Made by a program: the position numbers and the translations under genes. The notes beneath the pieces are model-generated. The model was not told the DNA's origin, did not search any database, and saw only the letters and a program-made list of their open reading frames with translations. Below are positions 14,150-27,960 of a stretch of DNA of 64,000 nt, piece by piece; position 1 is the first letter of the stretch; every line of letters starts with the position of its first letter. Source of the DNA: Haliotis rufescens (lineage: Eukaryota); contig NW_025963779.1 of the NCBI RefSeq assembly GCF_023055435.1, positions 67,456,001 through 67,520,000 on the forward strand, given 5' to 3'.

Positions 14150-15300
14150 GATATAACGCAAGTCGGCACACACAGCTATCATTGCTAGGCGCTGATGAAC
14201 CTCCTCTATGGTTGGCATATTTGGGGAGTGCACTCTTTTGAAATTCCGAGAGCCTCTGATGTCTTCTCATGTGAAGCTAATGTACATATCAGCCTTGGAT
14301 CAGATCGTATGTTAGAAGCGACGCGAAGAGGTTTCCTATAATAATAGTTTTTTGGAAGTGGCATCTCTCAAACGGTGACAGTACTTGGCCGTGGAAATCT
14401 AATACACGTCTAATATTACATTTCCATTTTTCATGCAAATATGAGTCGACTATAGGAATCTTTCGTCCAGAGGTGGTGCGTCAATATTGCACGAAGCTCT
14501 TCTTCACCGCAGCTCCACATTGCCAGTGCCACAAATTAATAATTTCTAAAGCAAGTGGACCTTGATAAACCTTTGACATACGTCTAATGTGGTTCAACTA
14601 TTGATACCATCAATATGAATTGAGGATCCGACAGTGGTTCACTTTCAGGAATAATAGAAATATTCTATCGCCGCCTTGATTACATTGGCAACAGCTAAGA
14701 GGGCATGTTCCTTTCCCCCATTTAGATGTATAACTTGCAAGACCCGCACGCGTACCCCTTTGAGTTGTACTCCTCAATATATTGATTTCTAGGTTCGATG
14801 CTAGATCGATGCAAATCGTCTTGGATAATAAGGAGTCGTCAATTCCACTGTGGGTATTAGAGAAGCAGTATTAAGCTCATTAAATCAGTCCATTAGGCTA
14901 AGTGTTCCTGGAGTGAACCTTGCATTCAAGATGGCCTTCATTGTGTCAGAGCGCGCCACCTGGTGGTACGTGTCTAGTCCCGGAGAACGTCTGACTCCGG
15001 CATGGCTTAGGATGGCTGTGATGTGACTGTGTGTAAGTGGAAAAGCGTATGGGGTTGTTGATATTAAATGGAAAGGACTCCGTACTTGTGACATCTTGCT
15101 GAAGTGCATGGAACAACGAGGGACGATTTGTCCGAATTACGAGACCGTAGCAATAATGTGAAAGAAAAATGCAATTACCTTTCAATAAAAAAAGAACGGG
15201 CTGGTGCCCATTCCGGGTCACTTTAGGACGCTGTTATTGACATTACCTCTGTGTGAAAAGGGTAATCATTAACTCAGTTAAGGTTGATGTTGATCACAAA
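14150..15300 (-). pseudogene. Highly degenerate DIRS/Ngaro-like RT/RNase H relic (element may extend to ~16380)
   Basis: Collinear motif remnants across frames: FPFNINNPI (~PFxxxxINPIG), KAILNARF (~KADIxNAF), IDDSLL (~LDDFL), TVGSSIHIDGI (~KTVGPxxxIxFLGI), ELRAILTH, GRxFLxRLI. Confidence 0.45.
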
Positions 15301-16566
15301 ATGAAGGTAGCGGACAAATAAATTGCGTTTTGAATGACTTAAATCAAACTTTCAAGGATTGCCAATTGACTTTAGTCTCGTTCCCTTTTGACTGAGTTGA
15401 AACAGTATTTCAAGATATCCAAATAAAGATATCGAGCATCTACTCTCTTAATTTCAACGAAAACACCAAACTATTAAAAAGATATAATACTTTGATTACA
15501 AATCTCACATTTTCCCATCCTGCCACTTCACACGATGAATGCTAACATGTCTGAATTCATTCTTACCGACATCAATATGAGGCTGCGGTGAATTTCGCTT
15601 CGGTAACATGGTTTACCAACTGTAAGTGTGTACACATGGTAGTGAGAAGAACGCGTGACTTTACACAAAGCTGTTCCAGACACCATGGTTGACATCTTCT
15701 TACATACAAAACACTACATAACAGGTCCTCTGCTCAATCAATTACTTTTGTAAACGTTCCTGACTATTATGAAACTATTTACACGCCCAACGGTCTACGA
15801 CAATACACCCTACCAGTTTTCTTTCATACAAGCTGGTAATTTTCTCGTCATCTAACGTTTTGGCCCAGTAATTTAATCATGGGAGATAATTCCAAAGGAA
15901 TTAACAAGTCTTATTTCATCGTAATTGGGTTATCTCCCTTCACTGTACGACTGAAGCCGTCTCCAAAATGACTGAATGCCTCTATTAATCGAGTTGTCGG
16001 CGCAAAACCTATAGATCCGACGGCGCTTTCTTTCGATATGTTTGTTTTCTCATCAATACACTGGATCGGAAATGAAAAGACTGGTTAGTCGGAGTTATCC
16101 CCCTTAGGGAACCGCCATGGGGTACTCTCTCAAAAGGGCAAGTGGCAAAATTGGACCGCTGTTGTGGCTGCAATGGTGCTGATAGCTCGTTCAAAGGCGA
16201 GATCAGTCACCAGGATTGCTCTTGAAGGTTGTGTTCGTCCCTCAATGGTGGAATATCTTGCTGGGAACCAGCGATAATGAAGGGATTCGGAGGTCAGAGA
16301 AAACGACGCTGGGACGCCTGAGCAGAGTGTTTATTGAAAACTAATGACCTGCCCCTCTGATCTTAACTCCAGGCCCCTGCGTAACACAATGTTATAGAAA
16401 GAATTTAGGAAATGAGCTTTCAAAATGTTTCATAACCCATGACTTCGTCGAAAAAGACTTTTTTTTTTGCACTGAATAAGATTTACAAAGAAACTTGAAG
16501 TATAAGTTTTTTTATTGGAAATTTTTATAGCTAATTATTTACAAATAATCAATTGCTTAAGGGACG

Positions 16567-16614
16567 TGTGTGTGTTCGTGCGTGCGTGTGTGCGTAGGCG
16601 GGAAGGTGGGTGGG

Positions 16615-16658
<44 letters not shown>

Positions 16659-16663
16659 TGTGT
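16567..16663. repeat. (GCGT)n/(GT)n microsatellite
   Basis: Direct reading. Confidence 0.9.
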
Positions 16664-17789
16664 GATATCAAACATTAGAAATGTTGGGAGAGTTGAAACC
16701 ATTTGCAGGCAGGATCGGAAGTATACCAGGCTGTCACCATAGTGTTAATCTAAACGGCAAACTGATCAGATTGAACAATGTTTAATTTAACACTACGAAA
16801 CGTCCATTCAACGAAAGAATGTTCATTACTACCGTTTATTAATTTAAATCGTTCAATGCTTATTTATCGCGCATAATATTTAATAGAAATTTCAAGTAAT
16901 TTGGTATTTAGGGATATTTTAAATTTTGACGTATAAATGAAGTATGTAAATTGTATAGTTTGCCACATTAATATTTGGATTTGTAATTTGTTAGTGTGGG
17001 GCACCGCCTATTGCCAAATACAGTTTGCAGGAAGTTTAAGGTCAGTGTGTTTTACCTGGAGTGTGTTTGTTTTCGGTGTGTGTGTCAAACTGGGGGGACA
17101 AACTGTTTTCTTCAAAAAGTACTAATAATAAATACCAGAATGAGATTATTCCTTCGTATTCATGTTCATGTAAACGTCTGAAATATAATTGTCCAGAAGA
17201 AGGGACTTCCGAACTAACAGGGTAAGCGGATGCGTACTAAAGAGTTTTCACTGCATATTCATGGATGCCAAAGATTTTGAAACTTGGGAACATGGCACAG
17301 ACAATCTCAACTCAACAGCGGGAGTCCATTAATATTAAACAGTCGTAATAGCCTAATTTGTAGACCATATTAATGTGGTTGAGTTTCATATTTCCTCTCA
17401 ATCAAGGTGAATAGATAGATAGGCTCATACCGCAGCTGTATCTTGGCAGAAGGTACAAACTTGATTCTGGACCAGTGGTTGATTAAATTAAAAAAGAATT
17501 GTAACCACTCAATCCTCATATTGCTCGCCTGAATTTTTTCAATCTCAGAAAGGAACCAAGTTCAATAATGTTTAGATTTTTCAACCACTATCCCCCACGA
17601 GAAACGTATAGAACAATTCATTCCTCGATCCAAACGGAATTTGTCAGTAAAGTTAGTCACCATAGATATGGTTATATAATCAGAGGTTGAGGAAAATGTA
17701 TTGATAACAAAGGCACATGTCATCTGAAGTGTACTGAGACAACAATACGTGACTTCCTCGGACATAGCATACGTGTGAAATATGAGCAT

Positions 17790-18480
17790 ATGCCATTTAG
17801 GCTAGACGTTGGCACCCACATGGGCACCAGTCGCCCTCTTCCCCTTGCTGATATCTTCTTTTATGAATATGAATCGGAAATTTTGTTCTGAATGGCGAAA
17901 AGCTGGAATTTGGCCAAGACGTTTAACTTGCGCTTCAGGTATATCGATATGATATCGTTCAATAATGGTCAAATAGCCAATTCACTTCCATCCATCTTAA
18001 CTAGAAGTAAAATGTACCAATGAAGTCGTCTATTAAGATCTATGCAAGAAGGTTTTGGGCGATAAACCACGATCCACAAATCTGCATCACAAGTCAGGGA
18101 TGGGTCCATCTTTCCAATACTTAACTTTCCCTTCATGTCGAGCAATATTCCAGCCATTCCTGTCTTTGATGTCTACATTAACCAACTTTCGAGGTACAAA
18201 CGAACATGTTCTTTCTGCGAACATTTCAAAGAGCGTCATACGACTCTTCCATAGCAGTTGTTTGATCAAGAATACAACATTCAAGGTAAAGTTTTCAAAG
18301 TGTCATGATATACAGTGACAAAAATTATGTCTGGTGCGATTTCCTATTTTGACTTGTTCCATATGTTCGCGTTGTTGTTTTTTCACGTAAACAATTGACT
18401 TGCCTATGCATGTGTTTGTGACGGGCACCACCGGCGGGACAGGATTCGTTTACCATTTTGCGCCTGCAACATTACTTATA
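17790..18480 (+). pseudogene. Degenerate PLE reverse transcriptase with 3' end
   Basis: GTHMGTSRPLPLADIFFYEYE, TFNLRFRYID, NFPFMSSNIPA; ends in the gtttgtgacggg..ccacc motif also seen at ~1470, ~21480(-) and ~39655. Confidence 0.75.
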
Positions 18481-20353
18481 AGATTCGTAAACGAATATTT
18501 ATGATATAATCAGAGTCGTTCAATTGAGTCTGCTTTGAGTGGAGATTTCTTTGCGTACGGAAATGATTCGTCGCTTTTATGTAATCCTCAATGTCATTTA
18601 CCATTTTCTCCGATAGAATCCCTCTCTGCGTGAAAATCTTGCGTCAGGAATCATTTTGAATGAGCCAATCATAGTCAAGGAACGAACCAGAGTAGCATTC
18701 AGACCAACATATTTGATTTCTGTTACTCGAAAACGAACTTAATCGGCCTGTTCCGAACGTAAATGATAAAGGCCGCGCTATTTTGTTATTAAGGTTGTTT
18801 TGTCCATCAAGTCGGTTCTTATCCTAATCGAAGAAATATTTGTGTTCTGTGTTGTTTGTTTATGTTTCAAATTAAAAGGAAATAAGCAGAATCGTTTTAG
18901 AAAGCTTACATTTGATTTGATTAAGCATCCAAACATCCTTCATTTAAATCGGGGCTCAGGTTTCTGTGGAGGTATCCTCAGAACTTCAAGCAGAGAGCAT
19001 GGTATCGGAATAAAATATGTAATATTAGTTAGACAGATGTTAAATAAAGCGTCATTGTATGTACCAACGCTGTATCAAAATCAAAATGTTTCTGCTAGTG
19101 AGTAAGGTTTGACGCTGTTTTAACCAATATTCCAGTAAAAAGGGACACAAATGGTGCGCCTCACACACTGTATCCATATTACTAAACTTTTATTCAAGGC
19201 ATGACGAGCGACCCCTTTTACCTCGAATGAGCTTAGTTATCATCAGATTCGTTAGTCGATTCCAATGAAGTTTAAAGAGGTTAAAGTAATTAGAAACAAC
19301 AATAACAATAGTCAAATATTTCAAATTCAATCTTTTGTTCTCCTGAGTGAAAACATTATCTATTTGATCTAGCCTTTGTGGTGGCCAGTAATAAAGAGAT
19401 TGCGCCGAAGAGATGTAATCATTAGAACAAGATAAAACACATTGTGACGTTCAATCTGGTTGGCCTCTGCTGATTATTAAGATCTTAGCACGACTGACAG
19501 AACAACAGTCGCCTGCCAGTGGCAATTTTGTAAAGAGAAAACAGCCTATTTCACAGTCTTGTCATAGAGCACCGAGGCATTGCTAATAACACGAGGAGAG
19601 CAGAATCGTCTCATTAGTAAATAAAAGATCATAAATTGCAAAGGTCGAGTTTCTCGAGATGAAATACCAAAGTTCTGGCAGCGATTAACTTTAAAGTTGA
19701 CAGCGCAACAGAGACATAAGGTATTGAATGTCACAATGCGTTTGATTCTAAATCTGGTGCTGTGTGTGACGTCACGAAACCTTCTCGCACCTGCCAATTA
19801 TTGTCCTGTTGGAGCAGACGTTTACAGGAATGAGATAGGGTCGTATTATTATGGACGAAACCAGGACTCATATTCTTGCTAGCCGCGCTCACTTGAACGC
19901 TCATCGGTGTTGGCAATTGCAGCCTACATGACATTGTGTTTGTAGAGTTAAAATCCCTCGGGCATTTTCATTAAATTATGACTGTCGTTTTGAAAACCAA
20001 CACAAAGGAACACGAACGATATAAATAACTCAGCTCCAAAACATCGAAAAGGTTTAAATGACCTACTGCGAAGTTAGTTAAGTACATGTTTATTTAGATT
20101 ATTTAACCTCGCACTCAGTGAAATGGACTTCGGACACAACACTGGCATGAACTTATCATGTTATACTAATTACTATAAAAACCAGTGAGATTTATCTGTC
20201 TCTTTCATGGAAGAATGTCCTTTTAGTAGCCGTGTTTATAACTGTTATAATAATAAAAGCGATAAAACCCTTTCCATATTTATAAGAAGTCTTTGCCAAA
20301 AAGAGTCGATTGTACGATTTCGACTCTATCATGAGAATATATGTATTAATCAC

Positions 20354-21431
20354 TGAGGGTGAAACGATACACCGATATTCCGTTGCATCGCGATACTTGA
20401 CCCACGATACGATATACGATAAACGTGGGCCCATTTATCGATACGCCACAATACGGAACGCAAATCTCAAGTACAGCGTTTCCTCGGTATTGTGCCTTTC
20501 AATAAACCGCTAACTTGGTTATAGCGCGCGCTAACGCATGGCTCCCAAAAACGTACTTACATTTTTAATAAGCTCAGGTTTTACACCGACAGATGTTTTT
20601 CCCCATCTCATAAAACATTATCAGCTGATCAATTCAAATACCATTATTATACTATCTTGTTATTAAAACGTGTTCATTGTATATCTGGACTTGTGTTTGT
20701 AATCTATTTTATTAATTTTATTCAAAATTTCATTTAATGTTGTTTCATTAAGTTATGTGAAATCGTGTGTGAAGAGATACAGCAACCACGGTCAGATTAC
20801 CGCTTTTGACGCATTGAAACGAACTTTAGTTGCTAGAGAATGGATACATATATTAAAAATGCCATACTTTGACTCGTTAAAAGTCATATTTGTAGCAATT
20901 TGGCTAATATATGTCAACATAACGTTGTCGCAATCGAAATACATGTCGCACGGGAAGTCCCTAGGGTGACTGGTCAAATTGTGCCATACGTAAAAATATC
21001 CTGCAACAGCAATCACCAGTACCAAAATGCTACACGTGTGGTTCTTATAATTATAAATATATAATTATATAGTAAAAGCTGCAACTAAGGTAACACGATA
21101 TTGGAATAAATTATTCCTGATAAAACAATAATTTCAGATACAATTTCTTCGACCATTGCATCAAAATTCTTTGAAGTTGTATCACTGGTGGAGTACATTG
21201 ATTATTTTCTGGTGTTTGAACTTTGAATTGTTTTGAAGGAAAGTTGAACAACTTCAGTAGTCTTGTTATTATAAAATAATTTTGACTGTTCCAAAATCAT
21301 GAAAGGTTCAATCTTGACATGCTTTAAGTCTTGTTTTTTTTTATCATTGCGTATCGAGATACGTATCGTATCGCAACCAACATATCGAGATGCGTATCGT
21401 ATCGTGATCTTCCTGTATCGTTGCAGCCCTA
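20354..21431. mobile_element. hAT-like non-autonomous DNA transposon
   Basis: TIR tgagggtgaaacgatac vs reverse-complemented right end tagggctgcaacgatac; subterminal cgata/tatcg repeats; 8-bp TSD ttaatcac/tgaatcac (20346-20353, 21432-21439). Confidence 0.75.
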
Positions 21432-21949
21432 TGAATCACTATACAATACAGATGATAGAAGGTGTTCGCGAAAATGTGAGCGTATCCTGCCCTCTGGTGG
21501 CACCCGTCACAAACACGCGGCTTGCCGTACCTTGGTAACCATTACATGACATTCTGTTCTAATAGACCTTAAAGATTGAATTACGACATTGAAATAGGAC
21601 TATGGTGAACTGCTTCAAATTATTTTAGTTCGCTATTGCAGTAGTTCGGTAAAATAGTAGTTCGTTATAAGCATATATACAATGGCCGGGACAAAAACAC
21701 CCAGTTCGTTATATCCGTCAGTTCGTTAAAAGCGTTTTCGTTATAAACGTAGTTTATAGTATCTGGTATATGGTTCATCCAGTAAATATGTAAAATCCGT
21801 AACAGTGGCTACATAATGATCATCTAACATCTGAACATCAAGTCCACTATTATATCTGCAAAACAGGCAAATGATGCTTGCATGTCTAAGTGTTAGAGAA
21901 CAGCTGCATACTTGAATACCAGGCGCTCTATAAATTCATTATCATTTTT

Positions 21950-22050
21950 GGACGGTGTGGATGCCTGGTGGTTAAAGCTGTCGCTTGTCACGTCCCAGGC
22001 CAGTGTTCAGTTCCCCACATGGGTACACTACGTGAAGCCGATTTCTGGTG
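21950..22050 (+). mobile_element. Degenerate SINE family C 5' part
   Basis: ggacggtgtggatgcctggtggttaaagc...ttccccacatgggtacac..gtgaagccgatttctggtgt. Confidence 0.6.
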
Positions 22051-22869
22051 TGATGACGGATGACGACGACGACGATGATGATCGTGTATTCTCTTTTCAG
22101 TGATCAACACCAAACTACTGACGTAAAGCGTCTGTGTTCTCATACCACAGTCCTGCGTCTCTGCATATTCTTTCTTTCAAAGTACAAATTAATCGTCACC
22201 GACTTGTGGTCGATACAGAATTAAATGACGTACGTAATTATTCCATCATGGTTTCATCATCAATCACAAGAACGTCCGGTGCTAATGGGCCATTTTTATT
22301 GCACGTTATAATTAATTGGTGCCACTGTTTATACGAGCAGCTTGCAATACGATTTTGTCCAAGCTGCTAAAAAAGAACCCAGTCAATTCCAGGGCTTGTG
22401 CGGACAGACAAATTACAGATGGAAGGAATATTAAGATGACTGGCATGTTACAACTTCCATTTGAATTGATACTCACTGTTACAGAGGTATGAATAAGGAA
22501 CTGCATTTCTGCTCAATGTGTTGCATAATATGAAAAATGAAAAATACAGCTATTGATGCGAGCATCAAAACGCACTCTAGTGTAGTTTTAGTGGTATTTT
22601 ATCCATAGAGGCAAGGGTATCGGTGAAATTATTTTCAGTAATTCTCGTTAGTTGTGATCAGTTTTCACTATAAACACCAATTTAATTTGTGTACATTTTT
22701 TAACACCGGGACATAAAACAGTGATTCCCCTGTACCGGTTATTCGTCATTCTCGACCCTCAATTCTTATTCTCTAGATATGTAATGTGTTTTGATGCAAA
22801 TATACATTAACTATTAGCATAATCAAGTTGTTAGCAATTATAGTGTCAGTGATTTGTAACTAACAGGCT

Positions 22870-23830
22870 TGATTCCTTTCGTCAAAGTCGACAAACTTGG
22901 GGATCAAGGGGCTTAGTATCTCCTGAATAAAACTTGATTTTATCAGAAGATAATTTTATGGAAAATATTTTTTAGTTTCTGAGAAATTATTTGTGCCAAT
23001 ATAAGATTTATCATCTGATCTCAAGCGAGCCCCAGTAAGCAATCTTGAAACAAAAAGGGTGAATTCTGGCATGACAATCAAGAGACGTCAAATCAAAGTC
23101 GTTTACGTCATAATGTCCACATGGGCCTGCCAGCCGACGTTCATAGGCTTTTACAAGACGGCGACTGGACAATCAGATAGATAGATATTTTGCCGTAATG
23201 ATAATTATGTGTTCATGACCTGATTAGCCTTTTCTGTAAAGCTTGATGGAATAGTGTCTGTATATCACTGGGACAAAGAGGACTCCTTGTACTATGGGAC
23301 TGTTGTAAAACTCTACATCACTTCAGTAACAGGATCGCATTTTCCGTGTGACCAACAAAATACATAAGGCTCATTTATATTTCTTGGCACTTTCCACGAG
23401 AAATTTTTTTTATCATCAGTACCCAAACCAGGAAGAATATTGATGTCCACATAATCAAGTTTTCGGTATTGATATTTCCAATTTGCTTATTTGGTTCCGT
23501 TGCTACGCCATTCATATGTTATGGTTCAAACTATATTTTGTTAGCACAAATATGAAATATGGTTTGGTCAAGAGTATACTTATCTATATCAAAACCTTTC
23601 AATTACAACAATGTCGACCAAATTGTCGTGCAACTCCCCAAGTCCAACATATAATTTACCTTTACTAATATAACAAGAAGATCAATGGATATGGTAAATC
23701 AAACATAGACTTCCAACCGTTTAACAACTTGTAGAATCATGGCTAATAAAAGCAGTTTCATGGTAAAGTATTTACATATAGTTTCCATACTCGTTATTAT
23801 ACATTTATATTGCCAAAGAGAATTTACATC
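22870..23830 (-). pseudogene. Deleted Penelope-like element relic (RT + C-terminal GIY-YIG)
   Basis: Ordered remnants FVLTK..NGVAT (~NGVAMGT), WFGY-DD (~WFRYIDD), LYRK, and NIYxYLI..CK..xVG (GIY-YIG). Confidence 0.55.
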
Positions 23831-23909
23831 AATACCAATGACAAAGAAGTTTCTGCGCCTAACAAAGAAGGCTATGCATGATGGTGAAATCTTTTCTTAC
23901 AGACATTAG

Positions 23910-26185
23910 ACCGCTATGTTCACACTTCTTCATCGGGCAAATTGAACATACGTAGTATGTTCATACACCTTCATCAGTGACTCCTTCATCAGTTCATACT
24001 CGTTTGTAGGGTGAATAAAACGTTACGGACTATGTTCCAACTCCTTCATCGGGTGAATTGAGCCTACAGGGTATGCTCTAACTCCCTTATCAGTGAATTA
24101 AACGTTAATAAGTATATTAATCGTCCTTCGTCAGTGAGTTTGACGTTACGGACTGTGTTCCTACTCCTTCATCAGTAAATTAAACGTTAATGAGTATATT
24201 CATCGTCCTACATCAGTGAATTAAACGTTAATGAGTATATTCATCGTCATACATCAGTGAATTCAACGTTAATGAGTATATTCATCGTCCTGCATCAGTG
24301 AATGAAACGTTAATGAGTATATTCATCGTCCTACATCAGTGAATTAAACGTTAATGAGTATATTCATCGTCCTACATCAGGGAATTCAACGTTAATGCGT
24401 ATACTCATCGTCCTACATCAGTGAATTAAACGTTAATGACTATATTCATCGTCCTACATCAGTGAATTAAACGTTAATGACTATATTCATCGTCCTACAT
24501 CAGTGAATTAAACGTTAATGACTATATTCATCGTCCTACATCAGTGAATTAAACGTTAATGAGTATATTCATCGTCCTACATCAGTGAATTAAATGTTAA
24601 AGACTATATGCATCGTCCTACATCAGTGAATTAAACGTAAATGAGTATATTCATCGTCCTACATCAGTGAATTAAACGTTAATGAGTATATTCACCGTCC
24701 TACATCAGTGAATTAAACGTTAATGAGTATATTCATCGTCCTACATCAGTGAATTAAACGTTAAAGACTATATTCATCGTCCTTCATCAGTGAATTAAAC
24801 GTTAAAGACTATATTCATCGTCCTACATCAGTGAATTAAATGTTACGGAGTACGTTTATTTTAACGTTAGGGACTATATTCATCGTCCTACATCAGTGAA
24901 TTAAACGTTAAAGACTATATTCATCGTCCTACATCAGTGAATTAAACGTTAATGAGTATATTCATCGTCCTACATCAGTGAATTAAACGTTAAAGACTTT
25001 ATTCATCGTCCTACATCAGTGAATTAAATGTTACGGCGTACATGTTTGTTTTAACGTTAGGGACTATATTCATCGTCCTACATCAGTGAATTAAACGTTA
25101 AAGACTATATTCATCGTCCTACATCAGTGAATTAAACGTTAAAGACTATATTCATCGTCCTTCATCAGTGAATTAAACGTTAAAGACTATATTCATCGTC
25201 CTACATCAGTGAATTAAATGTTACGGAGTACGTTTATTTTAACGTTAGGGACTATATTCATCGTCCTACATCAGTGAATTAAACGTTAAAGACTATATTC
25301 ATCGTCCTACATCAGTGAATTAAACGTTAATGAGTATATTCATCGTCCTACATCAGTGAATTAAACGTTAAAGACTTTATTCATCGTCCTACATCAGTGA
25401 ATTAAATGTTACGGCGTACATGTTTGTTTTAACGTTAGGGACTATATTCATCGTCCTACATCAGTGAATTAAACGTTAAAGACTATATTCATCGTCCTAC
25501 ATCAGTGAATTAAACGTTAATGAGTATATTCATCGTCCTACATCAGTGAATTAAACGTTAAAGACTATATTCATCGTCCTACATCAGTGAATTAAACGTT
25601 AATGAGTATATTCATCGTCCTACATCAGTGAATTAAACGTTAAAGACTTTATTCATCGTCCTACATCAGTAAATTAAATGTTACGGAGTACGTTTGTTTT
25701 AACGTTGGGGACTATATTTATCGTCCTTCATCAGTGAGTTTGACGTAACGGACCATGTTCCAACTCTTTCATCAGTGCAATAAACGTTACAGACTTCCTA
25801 CTCCTTCATCAGGAGAATTATACGTTACAGAGTATGTTCATACTCCTTCATCAGTGATTTCATCAGTGATTCCAACTCCTTCATCAGGTAACTTGATTAT
25901 TACAGAGTATGTTCATACTCCTTCTTCCGGGAATTAAACGTTATGGACTACATTAATAATCTTTTATCAGGAAAATATAGTTTTACAGACTAATTTCATA
26001 CTCTATCATCGGGTGAATTAAACGTTACGGTGTATCGTCTAACTCCTTCATCGGGTGAATGAAACGTTACAGAGGATGTTCATACTCCTTCATCAGTGAA
26101 TTAAACATGACGGGCCATGTTCATCGGATGAAGCAAACGTTAAAGAGTAACTCCTTTATCAGGTGAATTACACATTACGGAGTGT
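23910..26185. repeat. 41-bp satellite with homogeneous core (~24170-25740), diverged flanks and a 378-bp higher-order repeat
   Basis: Core unit catcagtgaattaaacgttaatgagtatattcatcgtccta; variant insertions start at 24841, 25029, 25219, 25407 and 25679. Confidence 0.92.
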
Positions 26186-27604
26186 CTTTGTTCGAACTGC
26201 TTCGTCCCACTCCTATTCGCCTGACGAGTGTGTGTGGGGACTCTTCGTGTTGCTATCAACAATAAAGACGCCAATATAGATAAAACAAATTCACGTAATG
26301 CGTGCGAGACAAGTAGATGACAGGAGATGACAGAGTGAGGACATTCTCCGAAACGTTGCATATCCAAATAAAGGAGTTGATATCTAAACCAAGTTTCTTC
26401 AGTACATGATCATTTCAACCAGGTAACCAGATACAATAAGATCTTTGACATGTTTATAACAATTTATATATACGACAGGAAAATAAGTTTCTCCCTGTTG
26501 CAAATAGTAAATATCAACGATTGGCCAGGCCAAGAGGACGTTTCATGGGACGGACCAAGATGCAGAAAGTACAAACTGAAATATCGCGTTTGAACATCAT
26601 GTTTGTCTTTGAGTAAATGATTAGCCAATTTATTTTAAGGTCTTAAAGTAACCGACTATCAATTCCCTGATGTCCGGGACCTAGATCCAATCAACATTTC
26701 CTTAATCACGACACCAGACAGACTTGCTCTCTAATTAGGGGTTTTGTTTCACAACAAAGACTTTTTCCGAGATAATGTCCTCGGGACCTATTTGTTGCAG
26801 TCTTCTATTGTTTTGTCCATTTCGCGTCAACATCGATCGCGAACGCTTACTAACCAGTTACTGATCCATGCCCATACATACATATGTTACAATCCGTTAC
26901 AACGCCATGTTGTACTTTTCATGCCTCCTTGTACTTCGCTCGTACTGTTAATCACAGTCCATTTTAACGGCACATTGTACTGATAATCTATATAAAAGCA
27001 ACAAAGCCATTCTCATAACGGTCTGACCATACACAAAATGAAGTCATATTTTTAAAAATAAAATAAAACCCTTTTCGTGCCGTTTTTTTAGATGCTGATT
27101 TCTATCACAGACAACAAATTTGTAGGAGGCATATTGGAGACAAATTGAAACGGAGTTTTGATAAGAAGGTGGACAACCAGGTCGGTGCCTCTTGCCTTTT
27201 CAACATTAAAACCGATATTCTTTTGAAACAATCAGATAAGCCAAACACGTTTCAAGTCGAAGAGCAATATAATATTTTAATAAAACATATTTTAGTGTGT
27301 ATCCTAATTGTTTGTCGATGACTACCAAAGTGGAATAGATTAAACATTACTATTCCGGAACTATTAACATATTAACATATTCCGTAAAATTGCAAAATTG
27401 AAAAACATGTACAAAAACATATTATTGTATGTTAAACTGAAAAGTTTTTAGAACATATTATAATTACTTCGATTGAAACGGTCGTGTGTAAGCATGTGAT
27501 GTGCCATGACAACATAATGGATTAATACTAGATGGCTACTATGAAAAATATAAAATGAACACAACGAGAGCAACGTTTCATGAAAAAGAGTAACGGATTC
27601 TTAC

Positions 27605-27960
27605 CTTTGTATTCAGCCTCTCCAGGAGTTCTCCACGTTTAACTATGTGAACACATTAAAAATTCTGCAGAAACAGTTCTAAGAAGTTTATAGAACATTC
27701 GAAGTATGATATTCCAAACTGACATGTCTGTTAAACCCAGCGTCCGATCAACGTGTTTTCATTGAGAACATCCCAACCGCGGCATCAACCCTCATCAGTG
27801 TCATACAACGACGAGAGAAGTTAGCGAGAACTATCCTGTCAGCAGCGGACGAACACACGTGTTATCTGTAAAACATCAATACTGAACTATGGCAGCGTTG
27901 TGTGTCTTGAAAGTAGTCCCGGACTTCTTCTTTGGCAGAGTTTGAACGGCAGCGGAAACG
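27605..27960 (-). other. Candidate non-coding (5' UTR) exon of a minus-strand gene
   Basis: Strong donor AAG|GTAAGA at 27605/27604 closing a GC-richer island with no recognised repeat; no ORF support; 5' limit is a guess. Confidence 0.2.

Noticed and set aside
24170-25740. CRISPR array
   Set aside because: Contiguous tandem units with no unique spacers, no cas genes, and a eukaryotic context
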